From Longimicrobiales bacterium (GTDB lineage Bacteria > Gemmatimonadota > Gemmatimonadetes > Longimicrobiales > Gaopeijiaceae), in assembly GCA_046704545.1 (NCBI GenBank), contig JBJKRT010000009.1:42456-106455 (forward strand): a DNA stretch of 64,000 nucleotides. Direction: 5' to 3'. Under the pieces are notes generated by a model that was not told the origin of the DNA, did not search any database, and saw only the letters and a list, made by a program, of their open reading frames with translations. Below, piece after piece: positions 1 through 9,173 of this stretch. Position numbers and translations under genes: made by a program. How positions within the stretch are numbered: position 1 is the first letter of the stretch; each line of letters begins with the position of its first letter.

Positions 1-305
1 TAGCCTTCCATGTATCCCGCCGGAGACCGCAGGACGCAGTAGCTCCGGTACTCGTGCGACTCGCCCGGGTCGATCAGCGGCTGGAGGCCGACCACCCCCT
101 CCCCGTCCACCTCGGTGTCCTCTCCGACGGCGTCGTGAATCAGCCAGTGGCGGAAGAGGAGTTGAGCCGGCAGGTCGCTCTCGTTCGCCACGTGGATCTC
201 GTACGAGAACACGAAGGTCCCCTCGGACGGGTCGGAGTCGGCGAGTGAAAAGCTCGGCTCAACCCGCACGCGGATTCCGTCGGTAGCCTTCTCGTAGGGC
301 GTCAT
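1..305 (-). CDS. apaG: ApaG (DUF525) protein, N-terminal 101 codons; gene runs off the left edge
   Basis: Own translation of the minus strand from ATG 305-303 gives MTPYEKATDGIRVRVEPSFSLADSDPSEGTFVFSYEIHVANESDLPAQLLFRHWLIHDAVGEDTEVDGEGVVGLQPLIDPGESHEYRSYCVLRSPAGYMEG, open to base 1. It shows ApaG hallmarks (RHW.I.D, GEGVVG..P.L.PGE..Y.S, G.M.G). It is absent from the ORF track because it is edge-truncated. Confidence 0.8.
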   Translation of the reverse strand, partial: MTPYEKATDGIRVRVEPSFSLADSDPSEGTFVFSYEIHVANESDLPAQLLFRHWLIHDAVGEDTEVDGEGVVGLQPLIDPGESHEYRSYCVLRSPAGYMEG

Positions 306-420
306 GATGGCGGTACTCGCGTGAACGTGGGTCCCTATGGGATCATACGCTCGGACACCGGGGACATTCCACCCCCGTCGCGCATGACGAGGATGTCGGG
401 GACCGGCGGAAGCCGGCCGC

Positions 421-945
421 TCAGCTTCGATCGATAACGATCGTGTAGGTGTTGTTCACGTCGAAGACGATCGCCGAGCCCAGCAGCTCCAGCAGCGCGT
501 TACCCAGCTGGGGATCCTTGGTCTGCACCGAGACGCCGATCAGCGTATGCGTGTTCGGGTCGCCGGGCAGGCCACCGGGTAGGCTCCAGTTCTCATAATC
601 GAGCGTATACCCGTCTCGCTTGAATGAGAAGTTCGCCGGAAGGTAGGACACGAGGCCCGGTGGCACGACGCCGAGCGCGGACTCCGGTGGCCATCCGTGC
701 TTGTCGGCGTTGTAGTTGAGCGCCGCGACCTTCACGACGTTCATCGTGCCCGCGACATCGGCCGCCCGCGCCCGCTGGATCATGTTCTTGAGGTTCGGGA
801 TCGCGAGCCCCGCGAGGATGCCCACGATCGCCACCGCCACGAGCAGCTCGACCAGCGTGAAGCCGCCGCGTCGATTCGCGTCGCGGCCCGATCCGGTCTT
901 TCGAACGACGGGGCGTCTCCCCGGACAACGCAGGCGCATGATCAT
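421..945 (-). CDS. Prepilin-type N-terminal cleavage/methylation domain protein (type IV pilin or T2SS pseudopilin-like)
   Basis: Track ORF 421..1299(-) trimmed to the internal ATG at 945 (MIMRLRC...). It carries the class III signal motif GFTLVELLVAVAIVGILAGLAIP with Glu at +5. The start overlaps the upstream stop by 4 nt (ATGA). The discarded upstream codons are Arg/Pro-rich and overlap the neighbouring gene. Confidence 0.8.
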   Translation of the reverse strand: MIMRLRCPGRRPVVRKTGSGRDANRRGGFTLVELLVAVAIVGILAGLAIPNLKNMIQRARAADVAGTMNVVKVAALNYNADKHGWPPESALGVVPPGLVSYLPANFSFKRDGYTLDYENWSLPGGLPGDPNTHTLIGVSVQTKDPQLGNALLELLGSAIVFDVNNTYTIVIDRS

Positions 946-1445
946 CCTCCGGTCAGCCCCCTCGCGGCGTCCCCTACGAAGTCCTGCAACGACTGGGAAG
1001 AGTCGTACTCGAGGGTCGCCTTTCCGTTCGTCCCGACCAGCTGATACGAGCCACCGATACGATTGTAGCTGACCCCCGGGGTCACGCTTCCCGCCTCGGG
1101 CAGGCTGTCGGGTAGCGCTCCGTGCTGTAGCCGGTAGGCCTCGATGCGCTGCGCCTGCAGGTACATCGCGAGCCGAAGGCTCTTTTCCTGCTGCGCGGGC
1201 GGGGGACCTTCGATCGGGTGGACGTTCACCCACGCGGGCGGAGCGATGAGCAGGTACACGGCGAACACCGCCAAGTTGATGCCCAACGGGAGCATCCACT
1301 TCGGCTGTTTCTTCGGGCGCGGCTTGTCACGGGCGGCAGCGTCTTTCGCCGCCGCGTGCTTGAGCACGGCGGCGACCGCATCGGCTGCCTCCTCACCGCT
1401 CCCTTCCTTGGCGTGGAAAGGCCGTGGCTGGTCCTCGGAGCTCAT
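942..1445 (-). CDS. Hypothetical membrane protein, translationally coupled to the pilin-like gene
   Basis: 167-aa ORF with a charged N-terminus and one hydrophobic segment (WMLPLGINLAVFAVYLLIAPPAW). GC3-rich codon usage. 4-nt overlap with the downstream gene. No family recognised. Confidence 0.6.
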   Translation of the reverse strand: MSSEDQPRPFHAKEGSGEEAADAVAAVLKHAAAKDAAARDKPRPKKQPKWMLPLGINLAVFAVYLLIAPPAWVNVHPIEGPPPAQQEKSLRLAMYLQAQRIEAYRLQHGALPDSLPEAGSVTPGVSYNRIGGSYQLVGTNGKATLEYDSSQSLQDFVGDAARGLTGG

Positions 1446-1723
1446 TCCCTGGGGGGTTGGAACGGGAATCCGAGCAAGAAATCTTGCTTGTCAGTCCAAG
1501 ATACCATGGCAGGGGTGTGGCACCCAAGGCTTTTGAGCGAATGGCGGGCGTCTTGAAATGTGCGCCCATTCTAGAGGTTCCGGAGTCGAAGGACCAGCCC
1601 CGGTGAAGGGCTCCACGCCCGGTGTGCGTCGGCCACCAGGACCCGCGGCAATGTGCTGGACGCCCCTCGTTCGGGGGCCTAGCTTCGAGAAACGGCCAGG
1701 AATCCCCCTTCGACCCTCATTTC

Positions 1724-2410
1724 ATGTCGGATCCCGCGCGCGGGCTCTCCCGCTCCGTGGAAGACTACCTGAAGGCGATCTACGGCATCTCCGAGCGAGG
1801 GGACGCCGCCTCCACGAGCGCCATCGCGGACGCGCTCGCCGTCCAGCCCGCTTCGGTCACCGGCATGGTCAAGCGCTTGGCGGAGTCCGGCCTTCTCGAG
1901 CATGCCCCGTATCGAGGGGTCCGCCTCACCTCCAGGGGACACCTCGAAGCCCTCAAGGTCCTGCGGCGGCATCGCATCGTGGAGACGTACCTGTGCGAGC
2001 GCCTCGGCTATTCCTGGGACGACGTGCACGACGAAGCGGAGCGCCTGGAGCATGCCGTGTCCGACGAGCTCGTGGAGCGCATGGCGGAGGCCCTCCACTC
2101 GCCGAGCCACGATCCCCACGGAGCCCCCATCCCCACCCGCGCGGGAGAGATCGAGGAGACCGACTCCGTGACGCTGGCCGACGTCGCCCCGGGTGATACG
2201 GTGCGAATCCGGGCGGTACGCGACGAGGACCCCGAGCAGCTGCGCTCCCTCGAAGCGGAAGGCCTGACGCCCGGCGTGCGCCTGAAGGTGGAAGCCTCGG
2301 ACTCGGCGCCGGCGGAGCTCCTCGTGAGCCTCGGCCCCCCGGCGCACGAACGTCGGCGCGTATCGCTCGACCTGGCCCGGCTGATCTTCGTCGTCTCCGA
2401 CACACCATGA
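1724..2410 (+). CDS. DtxR/MntR-family metal-dependent transcriptional repressor
   Basis: Track ORF 1622..2410 trimmed to ATG 1724 (MSDPARGLSRSVEDYLKAIYGISERG...). Winged-helix N-terminus, metal-site helix RHRIVETYLCERLGYSWDDVHDEAERLEH, and a C-terminal FeoA/SH3-like domain. Confidence 0.85.
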   Translation: MSDPARGLSRSVEDYLKAIYGISERGDAASTSAIADALAVQPASVTGMVKRLAESGLLEHAPYRGVRLTSRGHLEALKVLRRHRIVETYLCERLGYSWDDVHDEAERLEHAVSDELVERMAEALHSPSHDPHGAPIPTRAGEIEETDSVTLADVAPGDTVRIRAVRDEDPEQLRSLEAEGLTPGVRLKVEASDSAPAELLVSLGPPAHERRRVSLDLARLIFVVSDTP

Positions 2411-3051
2411 CTCCGGCAGCGCGCCCACGACCGCTCGTGGTGGGCGTCGCGGGTGGCAGCGGCTCCGGAAAGTCCACCGTGGTCGAGGAGCTCGTGCGCG
2501 GGCTGGGACCCGAGCGGACGGCCGTCGTCCATCATGATGCGTACTATCGCGACCTCAGCTCGCTCGACCCCGTGGAGCGGCAGGACGTCAACTTCGATCA
2601 TCCGGACAGCCTGGAGACCGAGCTCCTGGTGGAGCATCTCGGGCGGCTCCTCGCCGGAGAGGAGGTGAGGGTTCCGGTCTACGATTTCCGGACCCACACC
2701 CGCGAGCCCGGCCCCGGAACGCCACTCGCGCCGCGGCCCGTTCTCATCCTGGACGGTGTCCTCGTGCTCTCCGAGCCGCGGCTGCGTGAGCTCGTGGATC
2801 TTCGGGTGTTCGTCGATACCGATCCCGACGTCCGCCTGCTGCGGCGGATCCGCCGGGACCTCACGGAGCGAGGACGCACCATCGACTCGATCCTGGATCA
2901 GTACGAGCGCGCCGTCCGCCCGATGCACCTGGAATTCGTCGAGCCGAGCAGGCGCTGGGCCGATGTCCTGATCGGGGGAGGAGGTCACAATCGCCGGGCG
3001 GTGGACCACCTCATCGCCAGGATCGAATCCATCCTGGCCGGCGGCGCGTGA
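2407..3051 (+). CDS. udk: Uridine kinase
   Basis: P-loop VGVAGGSGSGKST, then NFDHPDSLE, ILDGVLVL and DTDPDVRLLRRIRRD motifs typical of Udk. The ATG overlaps the upstream stop (ATGA). Confidence 0.85.
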   Translation: MTPAARPRPLVVGVAGGSGSGKSTVVEELVRGLGPERTAVVHHDAYYRDLSSLDPVERQDVNFDHPDSLETELLVEHLGRLLAGEEVRVPVYDFRTHTREPGPGTPLAPRPVLILDGVLVLSEPRLRELVDLRVFVDTDPDVRLLRRIRRDLTERGRTIDSILDQYERAVRPMHLEFVEPSRRWADVLIGGGGHNRRAVDHLIARIESILAGGA

Positions 3052-3123
3052 GGGAAGCGTAGCGGGCGCTGAACCCGCCGCATATGTTGAGATGCTTCCC
3101 AACAAATCCCTCGAGCTCGGGCC

Positions 3124-4065
3124 ATGTCCATCACGACTGACCTCCTTGCCCACGTTCCCCTCCTGCGGGAGCTGGCACCCGCCGACCTGGAGCGGATCGC
3201 TTCGGTGACGCGCCGCCAGGAGTTCGAGCCGGGTGAGAACATCGTGGAGATCGGCGACCCCGGACGCTCGCTCTACCTGGTCCTCAAGGGCCATGTGCGT
3301 GTGCTCTATCCGGCGATGAGCGCGGACTTCGAGCTCGCGCGCCTGGAGGGGGGAGATTTCTTCGGCGAGATGGCCCTGCTCAACGGAAAGCCGCGCAGCG
3401 CCACGGTGCGCGCGGTCGATCGGGTGGAAGCGCTGGTGCTCGACAAGGAGGAGTTTCGCCGAATCCTGATCGACACGCCCCAGGTCGCCGTCGAGCTCCT
3501 CGAGGCGATGTCGGTGCGCATACGCAATGCCGACGAGCAGATCAGCACGTTGAGCGACAAGGCGGTGCGGGATCCGCTGACCGGGCTCCTGAACCGGAGG
3601 GCGTTCGACGACCGCATGGGCGAGGAGATCGAGCGTGTCCGGCGATACGGGACTCACTTCTCCCTGATCCTGGCGGACCTCGACGGGTTCAACAGCGTCA
3701 ACGACGTCCTCGGACACGACGCCGGCGACGAGGTGCTCGCGTGGGTGGGGCGGATCTTGATCGAGCATACCCGGGCGGCGGACGTCCCCTTCCGGATCGG
3801 AGGGGAGGAATTCGCGATCCTCTGCCCCTCCACCGACGCTCCGCTGGCACGTACGATGGTGCGCCGGCTCGTGGGTGTCATTGCGGAAGCGACGCCCCCC
3901 GTCGGGCATGCCCTGACGCTCACGATGTCGGGTGGGTACGCGGAGTGTCCGGAGCACGGAAGGACCGTCAAAGAGGTCTACGAGGTGGCCGAACGAGCGC
4001 TGCGGACCGCAAAGGCGGGCGGGCGCAACCAGGTGTGCGGTCCCGAGAAGACGGCGCATCCCTGA
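3124..4065 (+). CDS. Cyclic-nucleotide-binding domain / GGDEF diguanylate cyclase fusion
   Basis: N-terminal cNMP-binding fold (GDFFGEMALLNGKPRSATVRA). C-terminal GGDEF domain (DPLTGLLNRRAF, DLDGFNSVND, RIGGEEF). An RxxD I-site (RAAD) lies five residues before GGEEF. Confidence 0.85.
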   Translation: MSITTDLLAHVPLLRELAPADLERIASVTRRQEFEPGENIVEIGDPGRSLYLVLKGHVRVLYPAMSADFELARLEGGDFFGEMALLNGKPRSATVRAVDRVEALVLDKEEFRRILIDTPQVAVELLEAMSVRIRNADEQISTLSDKAVRDPLTGLLNRRAFDDRMGEEIERVRRYGTHFSLILADLDGFNSVNDVLGHDAGDEVLAWVGRILIEHTRAADVPFRIGGEEFAILCPSTDAPLARTMVRRLVGVIAEATPPVGHALTLTMSGGYAECPEHGRTVKEVYEVAERALRTAKAGGRNQVCGPEKTAHP

Positions 4066-4101
4066 GCATCGAACGGCTCCTCGCCGACCGGCTCGCCCGC
4101 T

Positions 4102-6618
4102 TCAGTCGAACCAGTGCGTGAGCCGGTCGAGCGCTCCGAGCAGATCCGGCTCGGTCTCCAGAACCGGCCGTAGGGGATCCTCTAGCATGCGCTTCATTCG
4201 TTTCGGCAACGAGCGCATGGTATGCCTGGCCAGAGTCAGCCGGCGATTCACCTCGCGCCACCGAAGCGGTGCCGACACGGTGGCTCCGGGCAGCGGCCGC
4301 ACGGTGAAGGGCGCCGCCAGGAGGCGCCCGTGCCCGTTCTGCACGACATCGATGTAGACCTTTCCTTCGCGCCGACCTGGATTGCGGGTCAACGTGGCGA
4401 TGTCGGACCGTTCGGCCGCGACGACGCGTGCGAGCAGCTCGGCGAGCGTACGAGACTGCTCGTAGGTGACACGGCGGCCGAGCGGCACGAGAACGTGCAG
4501 TCCCGAGGAGCCGCTGGTCTTCACGAACGAGGGAAGACCGATCTCGTCGCTCAGCTCGTGCAACGTCCGCGCGATCTCCACGACATGGCCGAACGGGGCA
4601 TCCTTGGGATCCAGGTCCAGGATGCACCAGTCGGGCCGCCCCAACGACGAGATCCGGCTCGACCAGACATGCAGCGGGATGGTGCCGAGGTTGACCACGT
4701 AGAGGAGCGCATCGACGTCGTCCACCACGAAGTAGGACAGCTCCCGTCCCGAGCCTTCGCTCCACAGCGTCACGCGGCGGATCCAGTCCGGAGCGTAGGG
4801 AGGCGCGTCCTTCTGGAAGAACGACTTCCCGTCGATGCCGTCCGGGTAGCGCGTCATCACCAGCGGACGGTCCTCCAGGTAGGGAAGCATCCACTCCGCG
4901 ACGGCACGATGGTACTCGATCAGGTCGCCCTTGGTGTAGCCTTCCTCGGGCCAGAAGACCTTGTCGAGGTTGGTGAAGGCGACGCTGCGGTCCTCCATGG
5001 CCACGCCCCGCGGAGCGGCGGGCTCCGACTCCACGACGGCCTCCGACATCTCGATGCACTCGTCGGGGCGCTTGTCCGGCCGCAGGCGGGAGAACGCGGG
5101 CTGGCGCGCGAGTCCGTCCTCGGTCGTCTCCTTGTAGGCGACCTCGATCACGAGCTCGGGGCGGACCCAGTGGTGCCCCTTCCCCCGCGGCACCTGCCCC
5201 GCACCGCACGGACACTCCGGTATCACCCTCTCTCCGAGGGCGTTGTGAAGCTCGTCGAGCAGCGCATCGGTGAAGCCGCTCCCGACCCTGCCCCGGTAGT
5301 GCAGCACGTCGTCTACGTATCGGGCGATGTGGAGGGCGCCGAAGCCCGAGCGCGAACCCTTGGGGTCCGTCCATCCGACCACCACGAAGTCTTCGACGCG
5401 GATCGCGCGGACCTTCATCCAGGAACGCGACCGTCCTCCCCGATAAGGGGCGTCGGCCTTCTTGCCCACGACACCCTCGAGCCCCATGCCACGGACCTGC
5501 GCGTAGAGGGCCTCGCCCTGTTCCGCGACGTGGTCCGAGTAACGGATCGGCCCCACGGTCGGAAGGAGGTCGTGCAGGATCTCCTTTCGCCGGAGCAGCG
5601 GCAGGCTGCGAACGTCGAAGCCTTCGATGGCCAGGAGGTCGAACGCATACAGGGTGGCGGGAAGCTCCACGCTCGCTCTCAAGGCATCCACGCGGCTCGA
5701 GACGCGGCCGCGCCGTTGCAGCCTCGCGAAGGACGGCAATCCCGCCGGATCGTGGACGACCACTTCCCCGTCCAGGACGAGCCCCTCGTAGGGGAGACCG
5801 CGCACCGCACGGGCGATCTCGGGAAAGGTCGCGGTCAGATCGTTCCCGGCCCGTGAGCGGAGCTCGGGCTCCCCCACCCGTCGCTCGGCCAGCATCCGGT
5901 ATCCGTCGTACTTGAGCTCGAAGACCCAGCCCGCCCTCGTGAAGGGGCGTTCCGCAGTCGTCGCGAGCATGACCTCCACGTCGGCGGCACGCACGTCGCC
6001 GAGAGGCGCCCCCGCTGCCGCCACCCGCGCGGCCAGGGCCTCGGCATGCTCGTCCGCCGAGGCGAGCTCTTCCACCGTGAGCCCTGAAAACACGGAATCG
6101 TCGGGGTACGACTCGGTGCCGCCGTCGGGGTCCATGTGCTCGTCCCGTTCCTTGATGAGCAGCCACGACTTCGGCGATTGACGGGTCTTCACGAGCGTCC
6201 ATCGGCCACGGAGCTTGTGGCCGTGCAGCTCGAACAGGAGCTTGCCCTTCTCCAGTCCGAGCGCCGGATCCTCCACCGGCTCCCACACGCCCCGGTCCCA
6301 CACGATCATCGAGCCGGCCCCGTATTCCCCTTCGGGGATGAGCCCCTCGAACTCCGCGTACTCCAGGGGATGATCCTCCGTGCGGACCGCCAGGCGCTTG
6401 TCGCTCTGATTCGGGGAGGGTCCCTTGGGCACGGCCCACGACAGGAGGACGCCGTCCAGCTCCAGCCGCAGGTCCCAATGCAACGATCGGGCGGCGTGCT
6501 TCTGGACGACGAAGATGCTCCCCCCGGCGACCACCTCCCCTCCGAAGGGCTCGGGCGTGCGCGAAGCGCGGCGCTTCTCGCGGTAGGCGGTGAGACGTTC
6601 GTCGCGGGAGGGAGTCAT
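4102..6618 (-). CDS. ligD: ATP-dependent DNA ligase LigD, three-domain form (phosphoesterase - ligase - polymerase/primase)
   Basis: Track ORF 4102..6846(-) trimmed to ATG 6618 (MTPSRDERLTAYREKR...). PE domain (FVVQKHAARSLHWDLRLE, HPLEYAEFEG), ligase adenylation motif FELKYDGYR, and a C-terminal LigD polymerase domain (KTSGSSGLHVLVPL). Confidence 0.9.
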   Translation of the reverse strand: MTPSRDERLTAYREKRRASRTPEPFGGEVVAGGSIFVVQKHAARSLHWDLRLELDGVLLSWAVPKGPSPNQSDKRLAVRTEDHPLEYAEFEGLIPEGEYGAGSMIVWDRGVWEPVEDPALGLEKGKLLFELHGHKLRGRWTLVKTRQSPKSWLLIKERDEHMDPDGGTESYPDDSVFSGLTVEELASADEHAEALAARVAAAGAPLGDVRAADVEVMLATTAERPFTRAGWVFELKYDGYRMLAERRVGEPELRSRAGNDLTATFPEIARAVRGLPYEGLVLDGEVVVHDPAGLPSFARLQRRGRVSSRVDALRASVELPATLYAFDLLAIEGFDVRSLPLLRRKEILHDLLPTVGPIRYSDHVAEQGEALYAQVRGMGLEGVVGKKADAPYRGGRSRSWMKVRAIRVEDFVVVGWTDPKGSRSGFGALHIARYVDDVLHYRGRVGSGFTDALLDELHNALGERVIPECPCGAGQVPRGKGHHWVRPELVIEVAYKETTEDGLARQPAFSRLRPDKRPDECIEMSEAVVESEPAAPRGVAMEDRSVAFTNLDKVFWPEEGYTKGDLIEYHRAVAEWMLPYLEDRPLVMTRYPDGIDGKSFFQKDAPPYAPDWIRRVTLWSEGSGRELSYFVVDDVDALLYVVNLGTIPLHVWSSRISSLGRPDWCILDLDPKDAPFGHVVEIARTLHELSDEIGLPSFVKTSGSSGLHVLVPLGRRVTYEQSRTLAELLARVVAAERSDIATLTRNPGRREGKVYIDVVQNGHGRLLAAPFTVRPLPGATVSAPLRWREVNRRLTLARHTMRSLPKRMKRMLEDPLRPVLETEPDLLGALDRLTHWFD

Positions 6619-6922
6619 GCGCGGAGGATAGGGCGACGGGCTCTCTTCGCCAACGGTGTGGAGGTGCGGGAGGAGCCGTGCGCCTCCACGGGCCCGCTCG
6701 GTACTGCCTGGGGGATTCGTTCGGACCTCGCTTAGCGGCGCGTCGCCGTGGGTTACTCGCCCGGCTACCATCTTCGGCTGCGACGCGCCGATGACCCGTG
6801 GGGGCGCGCGCCTCTTCCCCCACCGCATTTCCAACCGTACCCGCATACCCTACAATTCAGCTTGTGCGCACGGTCGTGCTGGAGGCCGTTCAAGCGGATC
6901 CATCAACCACGGTCGCAGCCTC

Positions 6923-9046
6923 ATGAAGACGCCTTTCTCGCGCCTCCTACCGGCGCATCTCGCCCGTTCGCTTCCCGTCCTCGTCCTCGCGCTCCTCCTT
7001 CCCGCCGGCGCCCGGCCCGCGCGCGCCCAGTCCAACTCGAGCGGATTCGTGAAGGAATTCGGCACGATGTGGACCTTCGACGCGCCACCGCTGAAGTACT
7101 GGCAGGAGACGTACGATTTCCACCCGGACCAGGGCTGGCTCGACCACGTGCGTCTCTCGGCCGTCCGGATTCCGGGGTGCTCGGCTTCGTTCGTGTCGAA
7201 GGACGGCCTCGTGATGACCAACCATCACTGCGCACGGAGCTGCATCACCGCGGTGTCGCCGGCCGACACGAGCTACCAGTCCACCGGCTTCGTGGCGCCA
7301 GGCATGGCCGAAGAGAAGAAGTGCCCGGGCATGTGGGCGGACCAGCTCCAGTCGATCGAGGACGTCACACCGCAGGTGCGGGCGGCGGTCACCGCAACCG
7401 ATGCCGTGCGCCAGTCCGAGCAGCGGGACTCGGCCATATCGGCCATCGCGCACCAGTGCGACGAGTCCACCGGCCTCAACTGCCAGGTCGTGACGTTCTA
7501 CCAGGGCGGCATGTACTCGCTCTACCGCTACAAGCGGTTCACCGACGTCCGCCTGGTGATGGCTCCCGAGGAGCAGGCCGCCTTCTTCGGAGGTGATCCG
7601 GACAACTTCACCTATCCTCGCTACGACATGGACATCACGCTTCTCCGCGTCTACGAGGACGGCAAGCCGCGCACCGGGGACTACTTCCGCTGGAGCCCGA
7701 ACGGTGCCGCCGAGGGCGACCTGACCTTCGTGGTCGGAAACCCCGGATCGACGGGACGGCTGCTCACTGTCGCCCAGATGAAGTACCTGCGCGACGTGGT
7801 CTATCCCGCCACGCTCGCCCGATACGAGCGTACGCTCTCCGTCGTCCAGAAGCTCTCCGCGCGCAGCGAGGCGGACCGGCGTCGCTACGAGAACACGATC
7901 TTCGGGCTCGAGAACTCCCGGAAGGCCGTGAACGGCTATCTGACCGGCCTGCTCGACCAGGACAAGATGGCCCGCAAGCAGGCGTTCGAGCGTGACTTCC
8001 GGAACCGCATCGATGCCAACCCGACCCTGAAGGCCCGCTACGGAGGAGCCTGGGACGCGATCGCGAAAGCCCTCGACGACGAGCGCTCCTTCGCGCTGCA
8101 GAGCCGGTGGTACGGCTACGGGAGCTCCCAGCTCCTGAACGTGGCCGGCCAGATCGTGCTCCTGCCGCAGGAAGCCGCGCTTCCCGATTCGCTCCGCCTC
8201 CCCGGCTTCCGCTCGGAGCGCATCGACCGCGTCCGTGGCATGCTGAAGCGCGACCGCCCCTTCGACCTCGAGGTGGAGCGCCTCACCCTCACCTCCGCCC
8301 TCGAGGCCGCCCGCTCGGAGCTTCCGCCGAACGACCCGTTCCTGACGGCGGTGCTCGCGGGACGTACGCCGTCGGCCACGGTCGACGCGCTCCTGAGCGG
8401 GACCAAGCTCACCGACCCGGCCGTGCGGACCGCGCTCGTCGACGGGGGTGCCGCAGCCGTGAACGCGTCCGAGGATCCACTCATCGTGCTGGCGCGCAAG
8501 ATCGCGCCGTTCAACCTCGAGGTCGCGCGGCGGGAACGTCCGCTCGAGGCGGCCATCTCCAACAACGCGGAGCTCATCGGGCGAGCCATCTTCGAGGCGT
8601 ACGGCCGCTCACTCCCGCCGGATGCGACCTTCACGCTGCGGATCAGCGACGGCGTGGTGAAGCGTTATCCGATGAACGGAACGGTCGCGCCGTACAAGAC
8701 CTCGTTCTACGGTCTGTACGCACGCTCCGCGGAGTTCGACGATCAGGCGCCCTGGAACCTCGCGCCGCGATGGAAGGCGGCGGTCGGTGAGCTCGACCTG
8801 TCCACGCCACTCGATTTCGTGACCACCAACGACATCATCGGTGGGAACTCGGGGAGCCCCCTGATCAACCGGGATGCCGAGATCGTGGGACTCGCGTTTG
8901 ACGGCAATATCCAGTTCCTGCCGAACCGCTTCATCTTCAGCGACGACGTGGGACGGACGGTCGCCGTGCACTCGGCGGGGATCATCGAGGCCTTGAGGAA
9001 GGTCTACAAGGCGGCGTGGATCGCGGACGAGCTGCAGGGGAGGTAG
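6923..9046 (+). CDS. S46-family dipeptidyl-peptidase (DPP7/DPP11-like), secreted
   Basis: Track ORF trimmed to ATG 6923 (MKTPFSRLL... signal peptide ending ARA-QS). N-terminal GMWTFD and GCSASFVS..GLVMTNHHC (His) motifs. C-terminal IIGGNSGSP (Ser) chymotrypsin-fold motif. Confidence 0.85.
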   Translation: MKTPFSRLLPAHLARSLPVLVLALLLPAGARPARAQSNSSGFVKEFGTMWTFDAPPLKYWQETYDFHPDQGWLDHVRLSAVRIPGCSASFVSKDGLVMTNHHCARSCITAVSPADTSYQSTGFVAPGMAEEKKCPGMWADQLQSIEDVTPQVRAAVTATDAVRQSEQRDSAISAIAHQCDESTGLNCQVVTFYQGGMYSLYRYKRFTDVRLVMAPEEQAAFFGGDPDNFTYPRYDMDITLLRVYEDGKPRTGDYFRWSPNGAAEGDLTFVVGNPGSTGRLLTVAQMKYLRDVVYPATLARYERTLSVVQKLSARSEADRRRYENTIFGLENSRKAVNGYLTGLLDQDKMARKQAFERDFRNRIDANPTLKARYGGAWDAIAKALDDERSFALQSRWYGYGSSQLLNVAGQIVLLPQEAALPDSLRLPGFRSERIDRVRGMLKRDRPFDLEVERLTLTSALEAARSELPPNDPFLTAVLAGRTPSATVDALLSGTKLTDPAVRTALVDGGAAAVNASEDPLIVLARKIAPFNLEVARRERPLEAAISNNAELIGRAIFEAYGRSLPPDATFTLRISDGVVKRYPMNGTVAPYKTSFYGLYARSAEFDDQAPWNLAPRWKAAVGELDLSTPLDFVTTNDIIGGNSGSPLINRDAEIVGLAFDGNIQFLPNRFIFSDDVGRTVAVHSAGIIEALRKVYKAAWIADELQGR

Positions 9047-9070
9047 CTCGGGCGGGTGTGACGAGCTGAC

Positions 9071-9135
9071 GAGTGGCCCGCCTCCGCTCTCGGGCTGTCG
9101 CCACGGAGCTGCGGCGGGCCACTCGTGCCTTTTTT
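9071..9135 (+). terminator. Intrinsic terminator after the S46 peptidase gene
   Basis: 12-bp perfect stem GAGTGGCCCGCC (9071-9082) / GGCGGGCCACTC (9113-9124), followed by GTGCCTTTTTT. Confidence 0.7.
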
Positions 9136-9173
9136 CGTTGCGTCGCGTGCGGGCGTGAACATACGTTTTCGCC

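Noticed and set aside
1446-1723. Expected DtxR/MntR operator in the divergent region upstream of the repressor gene
   Set aside because: I found no convincing palindrome resembling the TTAGGTTAGCCTAACCTAA-type box by eye.
2008-4059. 683-aa minus-strand ORF
   Set aside because: It is antisense to the motif-supported udk and cNMP-GGDEF genes and is low-complexity and Arg-rich, so it is a shadow ORF.
3968-6823. 951-aa ORF on the minus strand, extremely rich in Arg/Gly/Pro/Ala
   Set aside because: It is an alternative frame of the well-supported LigD gene (4102..6618). It has no motifs, and its composition is typical of off-frame translation in high-GC DNA.
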